Assembly: GCA_963753345.1 (NCBI GenBank)
Contig: CAVWBU010000049.1
Span: forward strand, 207,017-271,016
DNA: 64,000 nucleotides
Direction: 5' to 3'
From: an uncultured Fibrobacterota bacterium
GTDB taxonomy: Bacteria > Fibrobacterota > Chitinivibrionia > Chitinivibrionales > FEN-1185
Positions 1 through 10,505 of this stretch are shown one piece after another; the first letter of the stretch is position 1; every line of letters starts with the position of its first letter. The notes beneath the pieces were generated by a model. It was not told where the DNA came from and did not search any database. It saw nothing but the letters and a program-made list of their open reading frames with translations. A program made the translations under genes and the position numbers.

Positions 1-1
1 T

Positions 2-286
2 CTGCAGGAAAACGTGCCCATTTTCCGGGTAAAGCTCCTCGAGCTCGTGGAGGAGGGCAAGGTAAACATCGTCCTCGACATGGTCGCTTCCAATTATATA
101 AGCAGCATGTGCCTCGCCACTATCGTGGATGTCAAGAAAAGGCTCGCCGAACTCTCCGGCGACCTGAGGCTCGCCCGCGTCAACAATCTCGTGCGGAACC
201 TCCTGGAAACCACCAGCCTCATCAAGAAGATCGAAACGTTCGACGACATCGATTCCGCCGTGCAATCGTTTTCCAGGCAGAAATAA
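2..286 (+). CDS. STAS-domain anti-sigma factor antagonist (5' partial)
   Basis: Frame is open from the window edge; IVLDM..NYISSMCLATIV...GDLRLA...VRNLLETTSL matches the SpoIIAA/STAS pattern. Confidence 0.85.
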   Translation: MQENVPIFRVKLLELVEEGKVNIVLDMVASNYISSMCLATIVDVKKRLAELSGDLRLARVNNLVRNLLETTSLIKKIETFDDIDSAVQSFSRQK

Positions 287-312
287 GGCGCGGCCCGCGC
301 CGCATGCCGGCG

Positions 313-3052
313 CTATGTTCCGGTGCGCGGCGTTTTGGTCCAGACAGGGCGAAAAAGATTCTGCTCCCGCCTGAGGCATTCTCTTCTTGTAGCCAGAAAA
401 TCCCAGCATGACAATCCCGGGAACAGCGCCTGCAGGAGTTCCTGCGGTTTGCAGGTTTTCCCCGGCGCCATGGACAGCACGGCGCTGAATCCCACAGCGA
501 GCGCATTCCCCGGAGCCTGCTCCGGGGTTAGCGAGCGACTATAAGCATGTTTTCTTTCCATAGGGATGGAAGATTCCCCGTCCCGCGGGACTGCGGGGTT
601 ATTCAACGAGGGCGGGCCGTCCGCTCTGTCATTTGACGAAAGCGAATAGACCAGCGGCCTGATGTTTTTGTTCGAAGTCTTTCCTTCCTTCACAACGGTC
701 ACCGTCGCTTCGGTTCGGGAGAGAAACGAGCGGATCGCTGCAGCCAGCGACGCAGCGGTAAAGCCCTGCGGCAGCGGCGCGCCCAGCGGCTCAAACCGGT
801 AGTCTGCCGCGCAGATATCGGCGCTGAGCGACGCGTGCTTCCCCGGGATTTCCTCAAAATCAACGACCACGAGCCCGTGCGGAAGCCTGCGGTTGATTTC
901 CGCGCACATGCCGCTGGGCGCGCGGGGCGCGTCAACATTCCGGCAAAGCACCGCGTCGAACATTTCCGCGTCGCCGGCGATGCCGAGCGAAAGCGGCGGC
1001 CCGAACGCGACGAGCGGGTGGGGCCGGCACCCTTCCGAGAACGCAAGCGGAATCCCGGCGGCGTGAAGGGCGCGGTGGAAAACGCCTACCATGTCCAGGT
1101 GGCCGAGGAACCGGATCCCTGGTTCCTTTCTGTAAAGAAACCTGATACGGTGCCTCGTGGAAGACCGGGCGGGCGCGGTCCGTGCGGGAGACAACCTGTC
1201 CGGCGGCGGGCCGTCAGCGACCCGCCGGCCGGCGTGAGTCTCGTCCGGGCCGCACACCCCGCACCCGGAGCAAGAACCTGTCCTGCAGTCGGTCGTGATT
1301 TCGCCTCTTGCGGCCTTGTCGCGTTCCTTTTGCAGGAAGGCGCCGGACACGCCGATGGACACGGCCGACCACGGCAGCGGCTGGTCAATGGGAAGAACTC
1401 CGCAGAATTTCTCCAGATCGGTTCCGCTCTTTTCCGATGCGTTTTTCCATCGGCTCAGGTCGAAATGTTCGTCCCACCCGTCGAACCGGGCGCCCGCCTT
1501 CCAAGCGGCGTGGATGCAGGCCGAAAGGCTCCTGTCCCCGCGCGCCAGAACGGTTTCGAGGAAGGCCATGGCGGGATCGCGGTACGCCGTTTTCACGTTG
1601 CGCTGCCGGGCAAGCGCGTTTTTGACGGCCTTGGATTTCCGGAGCAGGTTTTCCTGCGTGTCCATGGCGTCCCACTGAAACGGCGTGTGCGGCTTGGGGG
1701 AAAACGGCGAGAGCGCCACGTTGATGGTCACCCTGTGCGAAAGCCGCCAGGCTGCGCCGGCGATGTCCGTGCTGAGCCTCACGATTCCCGCGATGTCGTC
1801 GTCGGTCTCGGTGGGCAGGCCGATCATGAAGTAGAGCTTGATGGTCTGCACATTTCTTTTAAGCAGCATGGCGACGGTGGCCATGATCTGGTCGTCGGAG
1901 AACCCCTTGTTGATCACGTTTCTCAGGCGCTGGGTCCCGGCCTCGGGCGCGATGGTGAACGAAGAGAGCGGCGCAACGGCCTGCAGGGCGTCGAGGTCCG
2001 ATTCGGTGAGCGCGTCGATCCGCGTTGACGGAAGCGAAAGGGAGACGTGTTCTTGTTTGGAAAATTCGGCCGCCGCGCGCAGCAGGGGAGCAAGGCCGCC
2101 GTAGTCCGCGGTGGAAAGCGACAGGAGCCCCGCCTCCCTCCATCCCGTGGCGGTAAATCCGTCCTTGAGCTGGGAAACGATGCTCGTTACGGGCCGTTCG
2201 CGCACGGGCCGGTAGTAGAAACCGGCGGCGCAGAACCTGCACCCCCGGGAACACCCGCGCAGCACTTCCACCACGAGCCGGTGGTGCACTACGTTGACGA
2301 GCGGGACAATGGGCCGGGACGGATAGGAATCGTCGGAAAGGTCAGCTAATTTTTGCGGCGCGGACGGGTTGCCGAGGCTCGGCCGGAACAAAAAACATTC
2401 CCGAGCGCCTGACCTCGTGCAGGGAAGGAACATACACGCCGTCAACCTTCTCCAGCGCTTTCAGGATATCGGGCTTGGCCGCGCCGCCGCGTTTCGACCG
2501 TTCCAGGATTTCGCAGATCGACACCACCGCCTCTTCGCCGTCGCCGACCACGAACGCGTCGATGAAATCGGCCAGGGGCTCCGGGTTGCCCATCACCGAG
2601 CCGCCCGCGACAACAAGGGGAAATACCGCGGTACGGTCGCGGCGGAAAACCGGAAGGCCGGCAAGATCGAGCATGTTCACGAGGTTGGCGTACTGCAACT
2701 CGTAGTTCACCGAGAACCCGATCCAGTCGGCGTCTTTGACGGGCGCGAGGTACTCGAGCGAAAACAGCGGGATGCTTCCGGACCGCATGATCCGCTCCGC
2801 GTCGGTCCAGGGGTGATAGCACCGGGAGAGCGCCCACGACGGGCGCTTGTTGACAAGGTGATAGAGAATCTGGCCGCCGTAATGCGACATGCCGATCTCG
2901 TAGGTCTCCGGGAAGCACAAAACGCCGTGGAGGGAAAGCGCGGCGGGGTCCTTGCGGATGCTGCTCATCTCGCCGCCCGCGTACTGCATGGGCTTCTGGA
3001 CAAAAGGGAAGAATTCCCGTTCGAGCCTGCGTCTCATGCCGGCGGTTTCCAT
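313..3052 (-). CDS. TIGR03960-type radical SAM protein fused to a TIGR03936/DUF2344 domain; one frameshift near 2350
   Basis: N-part LCFPETYEIGMSHYG (ORF 2342-3115). C-part RGCSRGCRFC (CxxxCxxC) and RFLGHLDM..FSEGCRPHP..FGPPLSLG. Removing one base from the A5 run at 2350-2354 joins the frames as AAKLADLSDD. Confidence 0.88.
490..606 (+). mobile_element. 117-bp two-hairpin miniature element (IS200/IS605-like, non-autonomous), copy A, in frame within the radical SAM gene
   Basis: Preceded by TGAA, ends TTCAA, two CCCCG..CGGGG hairpins; homologous to copies at 34084, 46315 and 51872. Confidence 0.85.
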
Positions 3053-3130
3053 CGTGTGCATACCCCCGCACACAAAATAATTCGGCCGCGCCCGCGCGGA
3101 CGCGGCGGAAATCACGGGGTCGGCCGGATG

Positions 3131-3862
3131 TTATTTGCCCTTCTCCAGGCGCTGCGCGAGAAATGCGGGCAGGTTGTTGTCGAGAATCTTGCGTTGGGTT
3201 ATGCTGTAGTCGTAGGGAACGCGCACCAGGGTCACTTCGCGTTTCTCCACGTCGTAGATCGCGTAGCAGGAGCGCGAATCGAAGTCGCGCGGCTGTCCCA
3301 CGCTGCCCACATTAATGAGGTAGTAGTTCTTTTCGTCAAGCGTGATGGTGTGCTCGGAGTGCAGGATGATCTTGTCGCTTTCCTGGATCATGATGGACGG
3401 CCAGTGCGTGTGGCCGATAAAGTTGAGCCGGTACACCAGGCTGTTGAACGCCTCGAACACCGCGTCCTCGCTGTCGGGGAACACGTAGATCCAGTCCTGG
3501 GGGTTTGACGGGGAGGAATGGGTGAAAAACATGTCGTCTTTCACTATTGTCAATTGAAGGTTTCTCAGGAAATCCTTCGCCGCGGGCGAAAGGTGGCTCC
3601 TCGTCCATTCCATGGCCGCGTAGGCATAGTAGGTGAACGTCTGAATGTCGATGCGGTTGATTGCGGCGTAGTCGTGGTTGCCTGCAACGCATTTGTCAAC
3701 GTTGTCCCGCACGAGCTCGATACAGCGTTCCGGGTCCGGATAGTATCCCACGATGTCGCCGAGGCAGACGACGGTGTCCACCTGTCGGGTTTCGATGTCC
3801 TTGAGGACGGCCGAAAGGGCCTCGACGTTGCCGTGAATATCGGAGATTACCGCGTATCTCAT
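3131..3862 (-). CDS. Calcineurin-like metallophosphoesterase
   Basis: DIHGN, GDIVGY, GNHD, GHTH and NVGSVGQPRD motifs. Confidence 0.92.
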   Translation of the reverse strand: MRYAVISDIHGNVEALSAVLKDIETRQVDTVVCLGDIVGYYPDPERCIELVRDNVDKCVAGNHDYAAINRIDIQTFTYYAYAAMEWTRSHLSPAAKDFLRNLQLTIVKDDMFFTHSSPSNPQDWIYVFPDSEDAVFEAFNSLVYRLNFIGHTHWPSIMIQESDKIILHSEHTITLDEKNYYLINVGSVGQPRDFDSRSCYAIYDVEKREVTLVRVPYDYSITQRKILDNNLPAFLAQRLEKGK

Positions 3863-4071
3863 GGAATGGCTGTTTCTTTCAGGGAGTGCGATTTCTCTGA
3901 TGAATATGCTAGATTATATTATTTTTGTTTTTTCGGTGCAACATAATTCTCCATTATGCGGCCGGCGGGCGGCGGCGGATTCCATTCTGTCCAGGATCGA
4001 CGGGCGCGGGAGCCCGCGCACGGGGCGCGCCGCGGTGCGGGGGCAGGGAGAAGCGGCGGGAAGGGACCAGC

Positions 4072-5121
4072 GTGACTGAAACGACACGATTGCCAAGATC
4101 ATCGGCTCCTCGGGTCGACGAATTCCGGCGGTGCATGACGCCGTCGTCGGCAACGCTGGTTCTCACGCACGACTACCCGGATCCGGACTGTCTGGCGTCC
4201 GCCTACGGCATTTCACAGCTGCTTTCGTTCTGGGGGACCCAGAACACCGTGATTTCGTTCGGCGGATTTGTCGGCCGCGCCGAGAACCGGGCCATGATAC
4301 GGTTCCTCAACCTTCACACCGTGCCCTTTGTGCTTCTCGAGCTCAAGGATTTCGACCGCATCGTGCTGGTCGACTGCGTTCCGGGCAAAAGCAATGTCTC
4401 GCTGCCGGCAGGCAAGGCGGTTCATGCCGTTCTGGACCATCACCTTTCCGGCGCATTTGACAAGCCGCCCTGTTTTCACGACATCAGGCAGGACATCGGC
4501 GCAGCGTCCACCATTGTGACGGAATACCTTCTCGCCGCACAATGCCCCATCCGCGAGAAACTCGCGACAGCACTCTTCTACGGGATAAAAACCGACACCG
4601 GCGACATGGGGCGCGACTCGTCGCCCGAGGACCTTGCGTGCTACAAGCGCATGTTCGACCTCATGGACCACGGCCTGCTTTCCAAAATAGAAAATCCCGA
4701 CAGGGACATCGCCTTTTTCAGGATGATCCACCGCGGGGCACAGGCTATCATCGCCTTCGGCCCCGTGGGGTACATTCCGCTCGGCCCGGTCGCCTCGCCC
4801 GACTATGTCGCCGAAATGGCCGATCTGTTCCACAGCATGGAGAAGATCGACACCACGGTGTGCAGCGGCGTATTCAAAAAGAACGTTTTCTTTTCCATAC
4901 GCGCCAAGAACCGCGACGAGGCGGGCATGCACGCGGAGAAGATCGCCGCGGCGCTCGGCGGCGGCGGGGGAGGCCACGGCAAACTGGGCGCCGGAAGAAT
5001 ACCGTGCCCCAAGGGGCATGAAGAGGCGGTTGCCGCAACGTTCCTCGAAACGGTGAAAGCCGCGTTCAATATCGGGTCGGTCGAAGGCGTACATATTCTG
5101 GAGGAATACCGGCACAGGTAG
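4072..5121 (+). CDS. DHH/DHHA1 family phosphoesterase
   Basis: HDYPDPD, LDHH, GIKTDT and GGGGGGH motifs; GTG start inferred. Confidence 0.9.
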   Translation: MTETTRLPRSSAPRVDEFRRCMTPSSATLVLTHDYPDPDCLASAYGISQLLSFWGTQNTVISFGGFVGRAENRAMIRFLNLHTVPFVLLELKDFDRIVLVDCVPGKSNVSLPAGKAVHAVLDHHLSGAFDKPPCFHDIRQDIGAASTIVTEYLLAAQCPIREKLATALFYGIKTDTGDMGRDSSPEDLACYKRMFDLMDHGLLSKIENPDRDIAFFRMIHRGAQAIIAFGPVGYIPLGPVASPDYVAEMADLFHSMEKIDTTVCSGVFKKNVFFSIRAKNRDEAGMHAEKIAAALGGGGGGHGKLGAGRIPCPKGHEEAVAATFLETVKAAFNIGSVEGVHILEEYRHR

Positions 5122-5170
5122 CATGCCGCGCCGAAGGCCGTTTTTTGCACCATCAGCAGAAGGGTTTGTC

Positions 5171-6007
5171 ATGTGGGAATACACCGACAAGGTCCGCGAC
5201 CATTTCCTCAATCCGCGCAACGCGGGCGAGATCGAGAACCCGGACGGCCTCGGCGAGGTGGGCAACATCACCTGCGGCGACGCTTTAAGGCTCACGTTCA
5301 AGCTTGACGCAGAGGGAAAGATAAAGGAGGCGAAGTTCAAGACCTTCGGCTGCGGCAGCGCCATCGCGTCGGCGAGCGCTCTCACCGAGTTGATAAAGGG
5401 CAAGACCCTCGACGAGGCGGCCAAGATATCCAACAGCGACATCGCGCAGTATCTCGACGGCCTGCCGCGCGAGAAGATGCACTGCAGTGTGATGGGGCAG
5501 GAGGCGCTCGAGGCCGCGATCGAATATTACAAGTCCGGCGGCAAGAAGACCGCGCCGCCCGCCAAGGAAGGCAAGGTGGTGTGCACCTGCTTCAACGTGA
5601 CCGACAGGGAAATCGAGCGCGCCATACGCGAGAACAAGCTGAAAACGATAGAGGACGTCACCAACTTCACCAAGGCGGGCGGCGGCTGCGGCGGCTGCCA
5701 CGAGCAGCTTCAGGAGATGCTTGACAAGATCAACGGCACCAGCGCGGTCAAGACGCAGCCCGCGGCACGGCTCACCACGCTTCAGAAGATCGACCGCATC
5801 CGCGAGGTGATCCGCACCGATATTCGTCCCATCCTCGCCGGCGACGGCGGCGACTGCGAGCTCGTGGACGTGGACGGCAGCGAGGTGACGATCCGGTTCA
5901 AGGGCCACTGCAACGGCTGCGCGTTTTCCAACAATACGCTCGTGTCGGTGGTGGAAAAAAAGCTGAGAGAGAAAGTGGCGGAGAATTTGAAAGTTAAAAT
6001 GGTATAA
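5171..6007 (+). CDS. nifU: Fe-S cluster assembly protein NifU (IscU-like, BFD-like [2Fe-2S] and Nfu domains)
   Basis: MWEYTDKV.DHF.NPRN, CGD, FGCGSAIAS, KMHCS, VCTCF, AGGGCGGC, DGGD, GHCNGC. Confidence 0.93.
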   Translation: MWEYTDKVRDHFLNPRNAGEIENPDGLGEVGNITCGDALRLTFKLDAEGKIKEAKFKTFGCGSAIASASALTELIKGKTLDEAAKISNSDIAQYLDGLPREKMHCSVMGQEALEAAIEYYKSGGKKTAPPAKEGKVVCTCFNVTDREIERAIRENKLKTIEDVTNFTKAGGGCGGCHEQLQEMLDKINGTSAVKTQPAARLTTLQKIDRIREVIRTDIRPILAGDGGDCELVDVDGSEVTIRFKGHCNGCAFSNNTLVSVVEKKLREKVAENLKVKMV

Positions 6008-6045
6008 ATAATAGTTTATAAATAGTAATACAAAACTCAATTTAT

Positions 6046-6523
6046 GGGGGGGGGGAGTTTACCCCGTCGGGTACTTCTCCCTCGTCAGGGATTTCCAAGG
6101 GTCACAAGGGTCGTCCCCCTCGCTCCGGCCGGGCCGCGCCACTTTACAAATCAGCATCCCACAGGCGCGTTCGGTCCTCCGCTACCCCCTCCTGGGTGCA
6201 CCCCTTGACAAAGTTGCTGCTAGACCATGCTCCGTTGCGAGGGCACCCACGGAGAGTTGTTGAATAGTTGAAACGTTGAATAGTTGAAAAGTTGAGGAGT
6301 TCAAAGAAAACCCCGTTTTACTCCTTGAGAATTCGGTCTAGCGAAAGTCCAAATTATTTCCTAAAAAGTCTTCCTCTGCCGCGCGTTAGGTGGACCGGAG
6401 TGGTCCCGCCATAGCGGGATTGCCGCCCGACCACGGCCCGAAGGGCCCTTGTGGCGGGCGGCAACGAGGCGAACAGCCGAGCCCGGAGGGAGACCGACCC
6501 GAGCGAAGCGAGGGGAACGCCCA
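6046..6523 (-). repeat. Composite intergenic repeat (GGGCGTTCCCC..CCTAACGCG module, 8-mer array, CTCCGTGGGTGCC module)
   Basis: Reverse-complement homolog of 10506-10953, e.g. ttgacaaagt.gctgc.agaccat, ggcacccacggagag, GTTGAAnn units, gaggggaacgccca. Confidence 0.8.
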
Positions 6524-6550
6524 CCAGATTTAAACAAATATTCTATTATA

Positions 6551-9250
6551 TCAACTCATCTCAGAAATAATCTCCCTCAAACACGCTGCAATCTGATCGG
6601 CGCTTGAATACGCAGAAATCTTCTTTGCTGTTATGAGGTCCTGGAAACCGAGCGGTGGCCCGAAGGTGATGGTGGGCGAGACTTTCTTTCCGGCAAACAG
6701 CCGGGGCAGACCTCCGGGCGGCCATGTATCCATGGTGCCCCGCACCCTCACGGGCACGACCGTGGCGTTGACGTCGAGCATAAGCATGCCGATGCCGGAC
6801 TTGAACTTCCGGAGCTCGCCGGTCTTGGTGCGGCCGGTTTCCGGGAACACGAGCAGATTGTTGCCGTCCTTGATAATCGCGATTGACGTGCGGAGAATCT
6901 CGGCGACATCGCTCTCGCGCTTGACGCGCACGACATGCGCGCCGAGGAACGCGAGCATAAGGGGCGGCAGAACATCGCGGCCGCCGACAATAAACGTCTT
7001 CCGTCTCGCGCGCTGCGGGAGGGAATACATGATCCAGAGGGGATCGAGCGCGCTCTGGCGGTTCGTGCAGAAAATAAGCGGTTTATTGAGCGGAATGTCG
7101 CCGCCGCCGGTCGAGGACACGTTCCACAGCAGGCTGCCCGCTGCGCGGGTGAGCAGAGGAAGCACCGTTGCGACTGCCGAAGCGCCCCTGGCCGGATAGA
7201 CAACAGGGTGTTTTGAGCCCGCGATGCGCTGTTTGATGTCGGTGACCGATTCTTCCTTACAGTTTGGCGCACCTGCCGCAGAGATCCGCTCCATTACCGT
7301 GGTGTACACGTCGCCGAGGGTCTCGATTTTGATAAGGTCTTCGTCCGGAAACGAGAAGCAGTACTTCCTCTCCACCATGCACATGAGGTCGAGCTTCTTC
7401 ATCGAATCAAGCCCGAGGTCCAGTTCAAGGTTGAAAAACGGGGGCAGTTTTGCCTCGCTGCTTTTGTTCGCGAGCTTTGCCGCAAATCCTGCGATGACCC
7501 TGTATTCCGCCGAGTCCATGAGGCCGGCATCCATTGCAGAGACCGCCTGCTTTTGTTTGCGGGCTTCGCCCGATTCCTTGAGCGAATAGTACAGTTCACG
7601 CAGTTCGTGCTTCTTGAGCTTCTTCGAGGTGGTGCGCGGCAGTGCGTCGTAGACAACCGCGAAATCGGTGATCTTCTTGTACGAGGGCAGGTCGCGGCCC
7701 AGGCGCAGAACCTCGTTCCGCACGATCTCCGCTGCTTCGCTTGTCGGGTATTTCCGCCGGATTTCCTGCGACGGCACGATCAGCGCCGCCGCGATCTCCT
7801 TGTCCTTGAGCTTAGCCGAAAACACGCCGATTTCCTCGATGACCGCCGAGGTGGAATAAAAATCCTCCAGTTCGTCGGGATAGACGTTCTTCCCGCTGTC
7901 AAGCACGATGATGTCCTTGCTGCGGCCCACCAGGTAGATGAATCGGTCCCTGCCGAGCCTGCCGAGGTCGCCGGTGTGGAACCAGCCGTCCGCGTCGAAC
8001 GACTTTTTGGTGAGTTCCTCGTTGTTGTAGTAACCGGCGAACACATTGGTGCCGCGGAAGCACACCTCGCCGATGCCGGACGCATCCGGTTTGTCAATCC
8101 TTACCTCGTTTTCGTCGAGCGGAATGCCCACGCTCGCGAGCCGGCGGTCTTCGATAGGACAGAGCGTGATTGCGCCGAACGTTTCCGAAAGGCCGTATCC
8201 TTCGACGATATTGAATCCCATCAGCTTGAAGCCGTTGAAGACGTTTTTGGTGATAGCGGCGCCGCCCGAGATCACGATGTTCAGCCTTCCGCCGAAACTT
8301 TTGTGCACCGAGGAGAAAAGCCTCTTGCGGAACTTTTGCCCGAGCAGACCGCCGAGCGAGAACGAAAGAAACGTCAGAACGGCGAACATCGCGCGCACCG
8401 CAATGCCTTTTGACCTCACGTTCTGGTTGATGTTGTTGTAAAACACCTGGAGCAGCTTGGGGACCGCCGGGAGCATCGTGACCTTTTTTTCGCGCAGCCC
8501 TTCGAGGATGAGCGACCCCTTCACCGTGGGAACGAGCACAATGTCAAGCCCGCCGCCGAGGGCGCCGGGCAGGCAGGCGCACGCGCCGAACACGTGGTGC
8601 AGGGGGAGCACCGCCATCATGGTGTCGCCCGGCCCCGCCTTCATGCGGGGGATTGCGGAAAGGGAAATCGCGGTGAAATTACGCTGGCAGAGCATCACGC
8701 CCTTGGCCTTTCCCGTGGTCCCGGAAGTAAAGATGATGACCGCGACGTCGTCGGGATTGAATTGTGCCGCGAATGCGTCCTCGTCCGGGTCTCCTGCCGC
8801 GCAAAACGAGGCGAACGTCTTTTCCAATTCGGGATACGCCTCGTTGTCCACGACAACGGCCGCAATGCAGCCGAACTCGGAGCGCATCTCCTCGAACAGC
8901 GGGGCAAAGCTCTTGGAGCAGAACACGAATTTCGGTTTTGTCTGGGATACGATTTCGCGGATTTCCGCGGCGGGCAGGTTCGGATCAATGGGAACGGTGC
9001 GGCCGCCTGCAAGGAATCCGCAGTGCCACGCGATCACCCATTCGGGCGTGTTGTCGCCGATCACCGCGAGCGTGTCGCGGCTTGAGTAGCCGCGTTTCTT
9101 GAGCGCAGAAACCAGGCGGTTAAGGTCCCTGTGGAAATCCGCATAGGTCCATGTACGCCATGCGCCCCCGCGCTTAAAGTGCATGCACGGACGGTCTGCG
9201 TTGTCGATGATGGATTTTTGAAGAAGGTCAGCGTAGACATGCTTGTTCAT
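6551..9250 (-). CDS. AMP-binding acyl-CoA/ACP synthetase fused to a carrier domain and a PlsC-like acyltransferase
   Basis: IIFTSGTTGKAKG, GYGLSE, WFHTGDLG; DLGLDSM phosphopantetheine site; VFPETGRT. The PlsC HxxxxD motif reads NRQSALD (His replaced by Arg). Confidence 0.9.
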   Translation of the reverse strand: MNKHVYADLLQKSIIDNADRPCMHFKRGGAWRTWTYADFHRDLNRLVSALKKRGYSSRDTLAVIGDNTPEWVIAWHCGFLAGGRTVPIDPNLPAAEIREIVSQTKPKFVFCSKSFAPLFEEMRSEFGCIAAVVVDNEAYPELEKTFASFCAAGDPDEDAFAAQFNPDDVAVIIFTSGTTGKAKGVMLCQRNFTAISLSAIPRMKAGPGDTMMAVLPLHHVFGACACLPGALGGGLDIVLVPTVKGSLILEGLREKKVTMLPAVPKLLQVFYNNINQNVRSKGIAVRAMFAVLTFLSFSLGGLLGQKFRKRLFSSVHKSFGGRLNIVISGGAAITKNVFNGFKLMGFNIVEGYGLSETFGAITLCPIEDRRLASVGIPLDENEVRIDKPDASGIGEVCFRGTNVFAGYYNNEELTKKSFDADGWFHTGDLGRLGRDRFIYLVGRSKDIIVLDSGKNVYPDELEDFYSTSAVIEEIGVFSAKLKDKEIAAALIVPSQEIRRKYPTSEAAEIVRNEVLRLGRDLPSYKKITDFAVVYDALPRTTSKKLKKHELRELYYSLKESGEARKQKQAVSAMDAGLMDSAEYRVIAGFAAKLANKSSEAKLPPFFNLELDLGLDSMKKLDLMCMVERKYCFSFPDEDLIKIETLGDVYTTVMERISAAGAPNCKEESVTDIKQRIAGSKHPVVYPARGASAVATVLPLLTRAAGSLLWNVSSTGGGDIPLNKPLIFCTNRQSALDPLWIMYSLPQRARRKTFIVGGRDVLPPLMLAFLGAHVVRVKRESDVAEILRTSIAIIKDGNNLLVFPETGRTKTGELRKFKSGIGMLMLDVNATVVPVRVRGTMDTWPPGGLPRLFAGKKVSPTITFGPPLGFQDLITAKKISAYSSADQIAACLREIISEMS

Positions 9251-10477
9251 GCAGGGCTCCGGTGTCCGGTTTCCTTAACAAACAGGGCGACAATGACAAG
9301 TGCGATTCCGCTCATGCACGATCCGAAAATAAAAGGGGCCGCGGGCGAGTGGGAGAAAAGAAACCCCGCGATCACGCTCGCGGGAAGAAGGCCGATGCCG
9401 ACGATGGTGTAAAAGAACCCGAGCGCGGTGGCCTTGGATTCTTTGGGCGACAGATCGCCCACGAATGCTTTCTCCACGCCTTCGGTCATGGCGTAATAGA
9501 TGCCGTAGATGATCCAGGAGATCCACAGCACCCACGAATGGTCCTTCGTAATGAGGCCGAACGAGCAGTACACGGCGGCGTACAGGGCGTATCCGGCAAT
9601 TAGAATCTTTCTGCGGCCGACCTTGTCCGAAAGCCCGCCGAAGAAGCGGGACAGGACGGTTGACGAGAGGTTGAAAAGCAGGTACATGAGGATCACGCCC
9701 GGAAGAGCGATGCCGAGGTTCATGCTGCGCAGAAAAAGAAACTGGTTTGACGAATTGCCCAAAGTAAAGAAGCATTGCGCAAGGAAGAAAAGTCTGAGGT
9801 TCCGGTCGTATTTCCTGAGGTCGAGGTTCGGCACCGGCTTTTGGGACGGTCCTTCTGACGCTGTTAAAGGGCGCGTTTCCTTGACAAAAAACAAGAACAC
9901 CACGCCGATAAACGCCGGGACAACAGAAACAGCGAACAGAAGGTAGAATGCATTGAGGTCCCTGAGCGTTTTCGAAACCGGGTCAAGAAATTGCAGGCAG
10001 ACAAGCCAGCACACAGCAACGCCGAGCGTGGCGCCGGCAAAGTCCATTCCCCGCTGAAACCCGAATGCCGCGCCCTGACGGCCCTGCTCGGTTGATTCAT
10101 AGATGAGCGCATCGCGCGGCGCGGTGCGGATTCCTTTCCCGACCCTGTCGAAGAAACGCGAGATAAGCACAAACCACCAGCCGAACGACGCTAGGAAAAG
10201 GAGCAGCTTGGACAGCGCCGAAAGCGCGTATCCGGCAATAGTCGGAGCTTTACGGAGGCGAATCCGGTCCGAGTAGTATCCCGCAAGGATCTTGAGCAGG
10301 CTCGCGGTTGATTCTGCCACGCCCTCGATGATGCCGAGCGCCGGCCCCACGAGCGCCTTCTGCGAAGCGAGCACCGTTGACACGAACGCCTGGATAAGCG
10401 GATACAGCATCTCGGACGAGACGTCGGTGAAGAAGGACGTAAGGCCGGTGAGGATGACGTTTCGGTTGTAATTTCAT
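9247..10477 (-). CDS. MFS transporter; 1-nt frameshift near 10468
   Basis: GYYSDRIRLRK, DRVGKGIRTAPRDAL, SDKVGRR. Removing one C gives the start MKLNRNVILTGLTSFFTDVSSEMLYP. Confidence 0.88.
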
Positions 10478-10505
10478 AGCCATAATTAGTATTTAGTAAA
10501 GAAGC

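Noticed and set aside
835-2028. Long antisense or alternative-frame ORFs (also 2369-3508, 4213-5442, 18776-20479, 27718-28929, 50607-51758)
   Set aside because: Shadows of real genes in high-GC DNA, with no recognisable motifs
2342-2360. Programmed frameshift in the radical SAM gene
   Set aside because: Short A5 run, no canonical slippery heptamer, and many similar indels across the window
5171-6007. nifU as evidence of nitrogen fixation
   Set aside because: No nifHDK in the window; NIF-type Fe-S assembly is common in non-diazotrophic anaerobes
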